From: an uncultured bacterium
Lineage (GTDB): Bacteria; Omnitrophota; Omnitrophia; Omnitrophales; Aquincolibacteriaceae
DNA: 64,000 nucleotides
Reading direction: 5' to 3'
NCBI GenBank assembly: GCA_964562525.1
Contig: CAZLTL010000006.1
Location: 31,187-95,186, forward strand
Made by a program: the position numbers and the translations under genes. Every line of letters begins with the position of its first letter. Positions within the stretch are counted from its first letter, which is position 1. This document shows, piece by piece, positions 37,245 through 45,437 of the stretch. The notes beneath the pieces were generated by a model. That model searched no databases and was not told the DNA's origin. It was given only the letters and a program-made list of their open reading frames with translations.

Positions 37245-38734
37245 TCTCAAATGACTCCCGTCTCAGTTTTGAAAAAAGCCGTCCCGGCCGTCGCGGAGCT
37301 TTGTTGCCGACCGACCGATTAACGCAAAGCAAATTACCGCAGAATTTGAAGCGAGCCACACCGCTCGCTTTTCCTGAAATCTCTGAACCCGAAGCGATGC
37401 GCCATTTTGTTAATTTGTCGCGCAAGAACTTTTCTATCGATACTCATTTTTATCCGCTTGGAAGCTGTACGATGAAGTACAACCCTAAGGTGAATGAATG
37501 GGCGGCACGCCACCGTAAATTTGCATCATTGCATCCGCTTCAGCCGATTTCCACTGTGCAGGGCATGCTTCGTACCATGGTTGAACTTGAAGAAGGTTTG
37601 ATGACCATTGCCGGCATGGACCGTTTTACTCTTCAGCCTGCGGCTGGTGCGCACGGTGAATTAACCGGTTTGATGATTGTGCATGCATACCACAAAGCTC
37701 GCGGCGATAATCATCGCCGTAAAGTTTTGGTTCCTGACTCCAGTCACGGCACGAATCCAGCGACTGCGGCTTTAGTGGGTTATGAAGTGGTGCAAATGAA
37801 ATCCAATGAACGCGGCCGTTTGTCGGTAGCCGAACTCGAAAAACATTTGGATGATAATGTTGCGTGTTTAATGCTTACTAACCCTAATACGCTAGGGCTT
37901 TTTGAAGAAGATATTTTGGAAGTCGCCAAACGCGTGCATGCCAAGGGTGGTTTGCTGTATTACGACGGAGCGAATTTAAACGCTCTTCTTGGTTTGGCGC
38001 GTCCCGGCGATATGGGTTTTGATATCGTGCATATCAATTTGCATAAAACTTTTTCCACTCCGCATGGCGGCGGCGGTCCCGGTTCAGGTCCTGTCGGTGT
38101 AAAAAAGCATTTGATTCCATTTTTGCCGCATCCTTTGGTTGAGAAAAAAGGGGATTCGTATGTTTTTTCCGAAAAGTCACCGCAATCAATCGGCCGCGTG
38201 AAAGCGTTTCATGGCAATGCCGGAACTTTATTACGCGCTTTTGTTTATCTCCGTTCGCTTGGCTTGGAAGGAATCAAAAAAACCGGCCGTGACGCGGTTT
38301 TGAACGCGAATTATGTGCGTGTGAAACTGCGCGATTCTTTTAAACCCGCGGTGGATGAGCCTTGTATGCATGAATTTGTTTTGACCTTGAAGCCCGAACA
38401 AGCCGCTCAGCATCTGCATGCGTCTGATATCGGTAAGCGCCTTTTGGACTATGGGTTTCACGCGCCGACGGTTCATTTTCCGCTCGTGGTTCCGGATTCA
38501 ATTATGATTGAGCCGACGGAATCGGAAAGCTTAGAAACTTTGGATAATTTCATCACGGCTATGAAAGAGATTGCCGATGAAATTGCAAATGAACCGGATA
38601 AGGTTCGTTTGGCGCCGCATCATTTGCCGATTCGCCGTCCCAATGAAGTTCTCGCGGCTCGCAAGCCGATTTTGACCTACAAGGATTATCTGCGCGAGAA
38701 CGCTCCGGCGGAGCCCGCTGTTTTAGCGAAGTGA
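37238..38734 (+). CDS. gcvPB: Glycine dehydrogenase (decarboxylating) subunit 2 (PLP-binding)
   Basis: The N-terminus is SFEKSRPGRRG. The PLP-lysine region is HINLHKTFSTPHGGGGPG. Confidence 0.9.
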   Translation: MLISNDSRLSFEKSRPGRRGALLPTDRLTQSKLPQNLKRATPLAFPEISEPEAMRHFVNLSRKNFSIDTHFYPLGSCTMKYNPKVNEWAARHRKFASLHPLQPISTVQGMLRTMVELEEGLMTIAGMDRFTLQPAAGAHGELTGLMIVHAYHKARGDNHRRKVLVPDSSHGTNPATAALVGYEVVQMKSNERGRLSVAELEKHLDDNVACLMLTNPNTLGLFEEDILEVAKRVHAKGGLLYYDGANLNALLGLARPGDMGFDIVHINLHKTFSTPHGGGGPGSGPVGVKKHLIPFLPHPLVEKKGDSYVFSEKSPQSIGRVKAFHGNAGTLLRAFVYLRSLGLEGIKKTGRDAVLNANYVRVKLRDSFKPAVDEPCMHEFVLTLKPEQAAQHLHASDIGKRLLDYGFHAPTVHFPLVVPDSIMIEPTESESLETLDNFITAMKEIADEIANEPDKVRLAPHHLPIRRPNEVLAARKPILTYKDYLRENAPAEPAVLAK

Positions 38735-39462
38735 CGACTTGGAATCTTTTTCCAACTTTGTCGGCGCCAATGCCGCTGCAAATGGCGATCGACCGTCTTC
38801 TATTTGAGCAACATCATCGTGGTTGCGCCGACGGCGCAGAGCCAAGACCCATACTGCGTATTTTTTATTCGTCTGAGCCTTGGTGCTCGGTGGGATATGC
38901 CGCTGAAAAGAAATCAGGTTATTTTTTAGAATCTTCCCGGCATGCGCTTCAAACTTTGCCGGTTTGCCGAAGAGTGACGGGAGGCGGAACCGTGATACAC
39001 GGACAAGATCTCATTTTTGCTCTTTGCGCACGCAAAGAAGACGACCCGGTCAAATTTGAAAGTGTTGAAACCAGCTACCGCCATTTGCATGAAGCCGTCA
39101 AAATTGCTTTTGAAAAGCTGGGCATGAAGCCTGAGTTTTATCGCGATCAGCGTCTACAAACGGGCCGCGATTGTTTCTTGTTTCCTGTCGAAACTGATTT
39201 GCGTTTGGAGGGAAAAAAGATTGCCGGTGGTGCTCAGAAACGATCGGGGACAGTGTTTTTACATGAAGAGTCGATTCAGCCGCCCGAGGAAATTTCGCTC
39301 GTCAAACTGGAAGCGGAAATTCTCAATGCTTTTGAAAATTATTTTAACATTAAAATGGAACGAATTTTGATTGATCCCGAGCTCATCGCGGAAGCGGAAA
39401 AAATTGCACCCGATTCTGTACTTAAGGTCTCCGAGCTCAATATTTGGAATTCCGCGGTATAA
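38731..39462 (+). CDS. Lipoate/octanoate-protein ligase family protein (BPL/LplA/LipB catalytic domain), probably lipoylating GcvH
   Basis: It is translationally coupled to the gcv operon, and a BPL_LplA_LipB-like core is visible (GGGTVIHGQDLIF ... KIAGGAQKR). Confidence 0.6.
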   Translation: MTTWNLFPTLSAPMPLQMAIDRLLFEQHHRGCADGAEPRPILRIFYSSEPWCSVGYAAEKKSGYFLESSRHALQTLPVCRRVTGGGTVIHGQDLIFALCARKEDDPVKFESVETSYRHLHEAVKIAFEKLGMKPEFYRDQRLQTGRDCFLFPVETDLRLEGKKIAGGAQKRSGTVFLHEESIQPPEEISLVKLEAEILNAFENYFNIKMERILIDPELIAEAEKIAPDSVLKVSELNIWNSAV

Positions 39463-39467
39463 ATTCC

Positions 39468-41564
39468 ATGAGTGATTTGCTTAAGAACTTAAATCCGGCT
39501 CAGTTTGAGGCCGTGACTTGGCCTAAAGACAAACCGCTTTTGATTGTCGCCGGCGCCGGCAGCGGCAAAACCCGTATTTTGACTCATCGCATTGCTTGGC
39601 TTATCCAACAGGGGGTTCCGGCTTACAGTATTTTGGGTGTTACTTTTACCAATAAAGCTGCCAAAGAAATGCAAAGCCGCATTGAACGGCTCGTTTCCCA
39701 ACGGGTTTGGATCAGCACTTTCCACAGTACTTGCCTTAAAATTTTACGTATGGATGGTGCGGCTATTGGAATAGACCCACTCTTTACGATTTTGGATGAA
39801 CAAGATCAGCTTTCGAATATCAAGGAATGTCTGGCAGCTTTGCAAATGAATGAAAAGCAAGTTCATCCCAAAGCCGTGCGCGAGCGCATTCAGCGTGCTA
39901 AAGATTATGTGATTGGTCCGGCGCAATATCGTGCGGATGCCCAAGAGTATTTTGAAGAGCAAGTTGCCAAAGTCTACGCGCTGTATGAGCAACGCCTTGA
40001 AAAACAAAAAGCACTCGATTTTGGTGATTTGATTATGCGTACGGTGCTTTTGTTTCAGCAGGCACCGCAAGTTTTGGAAGCATGGCGTTCCCGTTTCCGC
40101 ACGGTGTTGATTGATGAGTATCAGGACACGAACCATGCGCAGTATAAGCTGATTCACTTGATCGCTTCGGCAACCAATCAAATTACTGCGGTGGGTGACC
40201 CGGATCAATCGATTTACTCTTGGCGAGGGGCGGATATTCAAAATATTTTACGATTTGAACATGATTATCCGGGCGCGGGTCATATCCGCATGGAACAAAA
40301 TTATCGCTCGAGCCCCGTTATTTTGGATTCGGCGAACACTTTGATTCGAAACAATGTGAATCGTAAGCCGAAAGAACTTTGGACGGAGCGGAAAGATAAT
40401 GATCCGATTGAAGTTTATCAGGCATCGGATGAAATGGATGAGGCGCAGTTTGTCGCGGGAAGGGTACAAGCTTATCGCCGTGAGGGAATTGAGCTTGCGC
40501 ATCAGGTTATTTTCTATCGTACGCATGCCCAGTCGCGTGCGATTGAAGACGTGCTGATGAAAATGAATATTCCGTACAAGATTGTGGGCGGTGTACGTTT
40601 TTATGACCGTAAAGAAATCAAAGATATTGTGGCTTATCTCAAAGTGATTGCGAATGCCGCCGATGAAACGAGTCTTAAACGCATTATCAATGTGCCCGCG
40701 CGCGGCATTAGCAAAAAAACCGTCGAAGAAATTGAAGAGTTGGCTCGTATTTCGAATGTGAGTTGGGATGCCGCTTTGCGCCGAGTGAATTCGATTCCGG
40801 ATTTAATGCCTAAAGCTAAAAAAGCTGTAACGAGTTTGGTTTATTGGCTTGATAGCATGCGCTCGAAGCATCAGCTGATCACCTTACGAGCTTTGGTTGA
40901 AAAGATGTTGCAGGACACGGGCTACTTATCCGCTCTGGAAGCCGAAAAAACGTCCGAGTCTTTGGCTCGCATTGAAAATATCGAAGAATTTTTTAGTGTT
41001 ATTGACCACTTTGAAGAATCTTACATCGCATCCGGCGGTGCTTCCGAGCTTGATAAGAATATGCCGATGAATAATCCTGCTGAACAAAAAGAACTGTTGC
41101 CGCCTCCTTCCAAGCTGCACGCTTTTTTGGAACAAATTTCTTTGGTGACGGATTTAGACAAATGGGAAGCCGGCACCAATGCCTTAACTATGATGACTTT
41201 GCATACCGCGAAAGGTTTGGAGTTTCCGGTGGTGTATATGGTTGGTTTGGAAGAGGGGATTTTTCCGCATAATAATTCGATGGGTGCTGACACCGAAGAA
41301 CTCGAAGAAGAACGCCGTCTTTGCTATGTCGGCATGACGCGCGCGGAGAAAAAACTGCATTTGTCATTTGCGAATTGCCGCCGTCTGTTTGGTTCGATTC
41401 AGCACAATTTGCCTTCCCGCTTTCTAACAGAAATTCCAACCGAGCATATTCATTCCGCATCCGGTATGCGTTCCACTTACGGCTCTAAATCATCCTCTTT
41501 TCGCGATGAACTTGTCGCCGAAGATATTTTCGACGATCTCCAAATTCCCGACTTCGACAACTAA
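39468..41564 (+). CDS. uvrD: ATP-dependent DNA helicase, UvrD/PcrA/Rep family
   Basis: Motif I is AGAGSGKT, motif II is LIDEYQDTN, and motifs V-VI are TLHTAKGLEFPVV...YVGMTRA. The ATG at 39468 (MSDLLKNL) is the likely start; the track ORF starts earlier at 39444. Confidence 0.9.
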   Translation: MSDLLKNLNPAQFEAVTWPKDKPLLIVAGAGSGKTRILTHRIAWLIQQGVPAYSILGVTFTNKAAKEMQSRIERLVSQRVWISTFHSTCLKILRMDGAAIGIDPLFTILDEQDQLSNIKECLAALQMNEKQVHPKAVRERIQRAKDYVIGPAQYRADAQEYFEEQVAKVYALYEQRLEKQKALDFGDLIMRTVLLFQQAPQVLEAWRSRFRTVLIDEYQDTNHAQYKLIHLIASATNQITAVGDPDQSIYSWRGADIQNILRFEHDYPGAGHIRMEQNYRSSPVILDSANTLIRNNVNRKPKELWTERKDNDPIEVYQASDEMDEAQFVAGRVQAYRREGIELAHQVIFYRTHAQSRAIEDVLMKMNIPYKIVGGVRFYDRKEIKDIVAYLKVIANAADETSLKRIINVPARGISKKTVEEIEELARISNVSWDAALRRVNSIPDLMPKAKKAVTSLVYWLDSMRSKHQLITLRALVEKMLQDTGYLSALEAEKTSESLARIENIEEFFSVIDHFEESYIASGGASELDKNMPMNNPAEQKELLPPPSKLHAFLEQISLVTDLDKWEAGTNALTMMTLHTAKGLEFPVVYMVGLEEGIFPHNNSMGADTEELEEERRLCYVGMTRAEKKLHLSFANCRRLFGSIQHNLPSRFLTEIPTEHIHSASGMRSTYGSKSSSFRDELVAEDIFDDLQIPDFDN

Positions 41565-41846
41565 CCACACTTGGCTACGGGTGGTGGGACCAATTTAATT
41601 CTGCATTAGTTTATTTATTTTTACCCGGAATTGGTTTAAATAATAAATATATTATTTAAATGCATATCTCTTCCTCAGAATGCCTTCGATCTTCGCAATC
41701 ATGTACGCAAAAAATACTCCTGACCTGATTTGTAAGATCGAGACTGTCTTTATATAGCAAAAACTATCATTTATGACTTTAAAATTGCTTTAAAAAACTT
41801 TAATGTTAAATTTATTTTAGGTGAGGAGTGTATAGAGAAAAAAACT

Positions 41847-44800
41847 ATGAGATCAGTTAAGCACAAAAGTAAACGGTGGGTAGCGCTTGGAGCGTGTATT
41901 TGCTTTGTTGCCACGCTCTTTCCCGACGCTCATGCCGCGCTGCCTTCGATTGACATGGCGGTTAAGGCCGAAACTCCTCGTGTTCTTAATATTGACATTC
42001 CCACTGAATTAGCCACAGTCGATGAGTGGTATCAGGCTCCTTCAAAATCCAAGCCGAAACTGATTGTGCATATTCAGGATGCTCACGCGAATTATGAAGC
42101 TCAAACCAAGATTCGTGATGTGATTAAGTATCTCAATACGAATTACGGTTTTAAAACAATTCTCGTTGAAGGCGCGGCAAGTGAGCTGGACCCGAATATT
42201 CTTAAGCTTTTTCCGGATCAAGACCGCAATTTAAAACTTGTCGACGAGCTTGCCAAAATCGGTGAGGTCACCGGCGCGGAAATGTTTTTGGTTGAAAACA
42301 GTGATGCCGCAAAAGGGATGGGGATTGAGAAGCCGGAGCTTTATCGCAAGAATTTTGACGCGCTTCAAAAAGTTTATTCCGAAGATGAGTTTGTCAGCGG
42401 ATTTTTCGAAGCTTATGAAAAAAAATTAGGACAAATTTCATCGCGAAGTTTTGGCCCGCGCATGATCCAAGCTTTGGCCGAATGGCGTAAATTTGAGAGC
42501 GGGCATCGTGATTTTTTACCATTTGTATCTAAGCTGGCGGAGCTTTCCAAGAAAGTTTTAGAGATGGATCTCGGTGTTCTTTACTCGCAGATTGAGTGGC
42601 CGCAATTAACACGTTTGTTGGTTCTGCAGCGTGTTGAAAAAGAATTAGAGCAGACTCATGACAGACGACCAACGACTGACGTCGAAGAAGGTGCTCAGCG
42701 TTCAGCCCTTAGTGTCAAACAACAAGCGGAACTGGAAAAACAGAACATCATCGATTTGATGAAAGTTGCTCAGTCGCCGGAAGGATTGATTCGAGGACTG
42801 GAGAACTTTAATGAGAAATCAGCTAATCTCAACCGCATTGGATCTTCCGAAGTTCGCCAGGCAAGTGCGCCGCGCGCTTTGATGGAGGCGTTGGTGGAAG
42901 AGGGTGCTAAGTTCGGTTTGAACATTCGCGATTATCCTGCTTTTGCCAAATACGCTGGCTATTTGATTCTTCGCGGCGAAATTGTGCCCGCAGAGTTATT
43001 TGAAGAAATTAAAAAGCTATTTGACCTCATTCTTGAATCTCTCGTGAAAGAAGCACCTTCTGCAGCAATGGAGTCAACGGATGATTTAGCCGCTCGCAAA
43101 CGTCTGCTTTTACTGCATCGTGATGAAATGCTGGCGCGCAAACTCCTTAAGCTTGAATTAACCCACGACGAGTGGCTGGCGGTGCTGAATAGACAAGATC
43201 GCTTTTATCCTGATGATTTGAATCGCCGTATGCTTGAACAACTGGGACAAAATACCCGAGTTAAAGAAACCGGCGGGGAAGAAGCCTCGCAAATGAAAAA
43301 ACTCAATGAAGCCTTTCGTGCCGCATTCACTTTCTATTCCGCTGCGGTGAATCGTGACACTTTCTTCTTTCAGCGTACGCAAGAAGTTTTAGCGCAAACC
43401 GACAAAGCCATTTTGATTACCGGAGGTTTTCACGCGGAGGGAATGAAGTATTTCTTTAGAAAATATGACATCAATTACGGAACTCTCACTCCACGCATTA
43501 CCCAAGAGTTCACCAACGAACAATACCGTAAGGTGATGATGACCGGCGTCGAGAAAAACAAAGCGGAGATTACGCAGCAGCTACAGGAAGGATCTTCAGC
43601 GGTGGAGGAGAGCGACACTCCAAAGTCTAAAAAAGCTGCGAAAGAAAACTATCTTGGTGCGGAAAGTCTTATTGATCCTCTAAGTGATGGTTTAGTTGGT
43701 GGGACAAGATCTGAAGTGCGGAGAAATATAGTTCAAATGTTAGCGGTTTCATTGGGCTTACCGAAAATTCAACAAGAAACCTCTTTAGCTGCGCCCGCGC
43801 AGGTGGCCGTTTCACGTCAGCCGAGATCGATCGCAGTACGATTCGAAAGTGTTTCTGCTCCTCAGGGCTTTTTATCTGTCCTAGAGGGGCAGCGAGCTTT
43901 AATTGGTGCGGGTATTGGGATTTTTGGTCTGGTTGCAGCGTATTTAGCCGCGTTATCCTCTCCAATTTTGTTGATTCTGGCGATTCCTTTTACTGCCAGT
44001 GGAATGATTTATGGATTCGATCAATATTTTAAAGCGCAATATTTGATTTCGAATGCCACCAAAGCCGGAAGTGTTGAATTAACCGATAGGCTTGCTACTT
44101 CTAGTCAAACAGAGGTTCCAGTTGTTGTGCAGCGAACGGAGGTTGCGCAAGTGGATGCGGAGCCGCTCACTTTCACTTCTGTTTTAACAGAGTTGGAAGT
44201 TGAAAGAGCGAAGTCTGAGCCAGATGCAGCGCGTTTGGCTGATTTGGTTGCCCAGTTGGTTGATTTAGCCGGTGACATTGAAGAGGCTAAACAAGCTCAG
44301 AATGTACTACGAGATTTAAGAGTTAAATACAAGAATCAGTTGAATCCGTCGCAATCAACCAACCTGATCATGAAAGTAGCACAACTCGCTGTGAAGTTGA
44401 ATCAATTCCAACAAGCTCAAAAATTATATGAGAGGGAGGAGATTGTTGTAACAGCGAAAGCTCCGCGCGAAGCTATTTTTGCAGCTCTTTCTCCGGAGGA
44501 CAGAGGGATTTTAAAGAGGATGGCGTTTGATGATTTAGAGAATCAAATTATTGACGCAAAAGACTTGTCCGCATCGCAAGCTGTGGCTATTTTGATTACT
44601 TACGGATTTATTTCCGATAAGGACCGCAATGCCGCCAAAAACTTAGCGATATTGGCTTCACTGGCTGTCACCAAGATTGCGCCTCAAAGGGTTTCGGAAT
44701 TGGCGGAAATGGTACGAGCCTTTTTCCCGGAAATGGTCTCATCGGACTTGGGTTATTTAGGCCGAATTATTGATGCGAATGGCATCGGAAACAAGTTAGA

Positions 44801-45272
44801 TACGATGCGGATGCAAGCTGTTTTAAATCCAAAAATGGAATTTGAAGTTGTTGTGTTTGGAGAGCGCGGCCCGATGGTTGAAGATAAGGCTCTTTCTAAT
44901 TTGCGTATTCGTTATGCCAAAGATTTTAATTCAGCTGCTAGTTTAGTTACCAGCAAAGGCGCTATGGAGAAATTTAAAATAGGCACCAAAGTATTGATGG
45001 TTGTGCCGGAAGGTAAAGATTTTAGAAAACTAGCTTCTCAGCTCAACTTGCAAATTGTTCAGGAAGAAAATAACCATGAGAAAAATTTAGAGGCGAGTGT
45101 TGCTATGGTTGTTGGAGCTCAGAATCTTGCCAGAAATGTTGAGGCATCCGTTGATGAGGACGGTATTGAAAAAGCAGGCAAGAACTGGCGCATTACAAAG
45201 CCCTCTTTATCAAGGCTAAAGGATATTTGGCAAAGGTTTCAAGCTGCTTTGCAGGTTATGCAATCAGCGTAA
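41847..45272 (+). CDS. Large secreted/membrane-anchored protein (1141 aa): signal peptide, shared N-module, central transmembrane hairpin and C-terminal coiled-coil region. It is a paralogue of the giant ORFs.
   Basis: The signal peptide is MRSVKHKSKRWVALGACICFVATLFPDAHA. QDAHA is at 42075-42089 and GGFHAEG is at 43422-43442. The transmembrane hairpin is LIGAGIGIFGLVAAYLAALSSPILLILAIPFTASGMIYGF. It is very similar to the 4733-aa ORF over the first 550 aa or so. Confidence 0.85.
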   Translation: MRSVKHKSKRWVALGACICFVATLFPDAHAALPSIDMAVKAETPRVLNIDIPTELATVDEWYQAPSKSKPKLIVHIQDAHANYEAQTKIRDVIKYLNTNYGFKTILVEGAASELDPNILKLFPDQDRNLKLVDELAKIGEVTGAEMFLVENSDAAKGMGIEKPELYRKNFDALQKVYSEDEFVSGFFEAYEKKLGQISSRSFGPRMIQALAEWRKFESGHRDFLPFVSKLAELSKKVLEMDLGVLYSQIEWPQLTRLLVLQRVEKELEQTHDRRPTTDVEEGAQRSALSVKQQAELEKQNIIDLMKVAQSPEGLIRGLENFNEKSANLNRIGSSEVRQASAPRALMEALVEEGAKFGLNIRDYPAFAKYAGYLILRGEIVPAELFEEIKKLFDLILESLVKEAPSAAMESTDDLAARKRLLLLHRDEMLARKLLKLELTHDEWLAVLNRQDRFYPDDLNRRMLEQLGQNTRVKETGGEEASQMKKLNEAFRAAFTFYSAAVNRDTFFFQRTQEVLAQTDKAILITGGFHAEGMKYFFRKYDINYGTLTPRITQEFTNEQYRKVMMTGVEKNKAEITQQLQEGSSAVEESDTPKSKKAAKENYLGAESLIDPLSDGLVGGTRSEVRRNIVQMLAVSLGLPKIQQETSLAAPAQVAVSRQPRSIAVRFESVSAPQGFLSVLEGQRALIGAGIGIFGLVAAYLAALSSPILLILAIPFTASGMIYGFDQYFKAQYLISNATKAGSVELTDRLATSSQTEVPVVVQRTEVAQVDAEPLTFTSVLTELEVERAKSEPDAARLADLVAQLVDLAGDIEEAKQAQNVLRDLRVKYKNQLNPSQSTNLIMKVAQLAVKLNQFQQAQKLYEREEIVVTAKAPREAIFAALSPEDRGILKRMAFDDLENQIIDAKDLSASQAVAILITYGFISDKDRNAAKNLAILASLAVTKIAPQRVSELAEMVRAFFPEMVSSDLGYLGRIIDANGIGNKLDTMRMQAVLNPKMEFEVVVFGERGPMVEDKALSNLRIRYAKDFNSAASLVTSKGAMEKFKIGTKVLMVVPEGKDFRKLASQLNLQIVQEENNHEKNLEASVAMVVGAQNLARNVEASVDEDGIEKAGKNWRITKPSLSRLKDIWQRFQAALQVMQSA

Positions 45273-45280
45273 TGTTGTTA

Positions 45281-45314
45281 CCCCCATCCCGGATCCCGTA
45301 TCTGGGATGGAGGG
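45281..45314 (+). terminator. GC-rich stem-loop immediately after the giant-2 stop; about 11-bp stem with no U-tract, so a structural or terminator element of uncertain type
   Basis: The sequence cccccatcccgga tcccgta tctgggatggaggg shows pairing ccatcccgga/tctgggatgg with one G-U pair. Confidence 0.3.
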
Positions 45315-45437
45315 AGCATTGGCGAGCAGAATATAACAGAGGGAAGCGTTTCTAATGGCTGTAGGAATGTTTGTTTGATTTACAAATTTTAATAATGTAT
45401 TGTTCTCAGAAAATTATAGAGGTTTATAAAGGTTTTA

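Noticed and set aside
36792-37250. 152-aa minus-strand ORF across the gcvPA/gcvPB junction
   Set aside because: It is antisense to conserved glycine-decarboxylase sequence.
39744-40241. 165-aa minus-strand ORF inside the UvrD helicase gene
   Set aside because: It is antisense to helicase motifs I-III.
41565-41846. Mobile element or small-RNA gene in the 282-nt AT-rich gap before giant 2
   Set aside because: I found no inverted terminal repeats, no transposase or integrase ORF, and no tRNA-like structure. I interpret it as a promoter and leader region.
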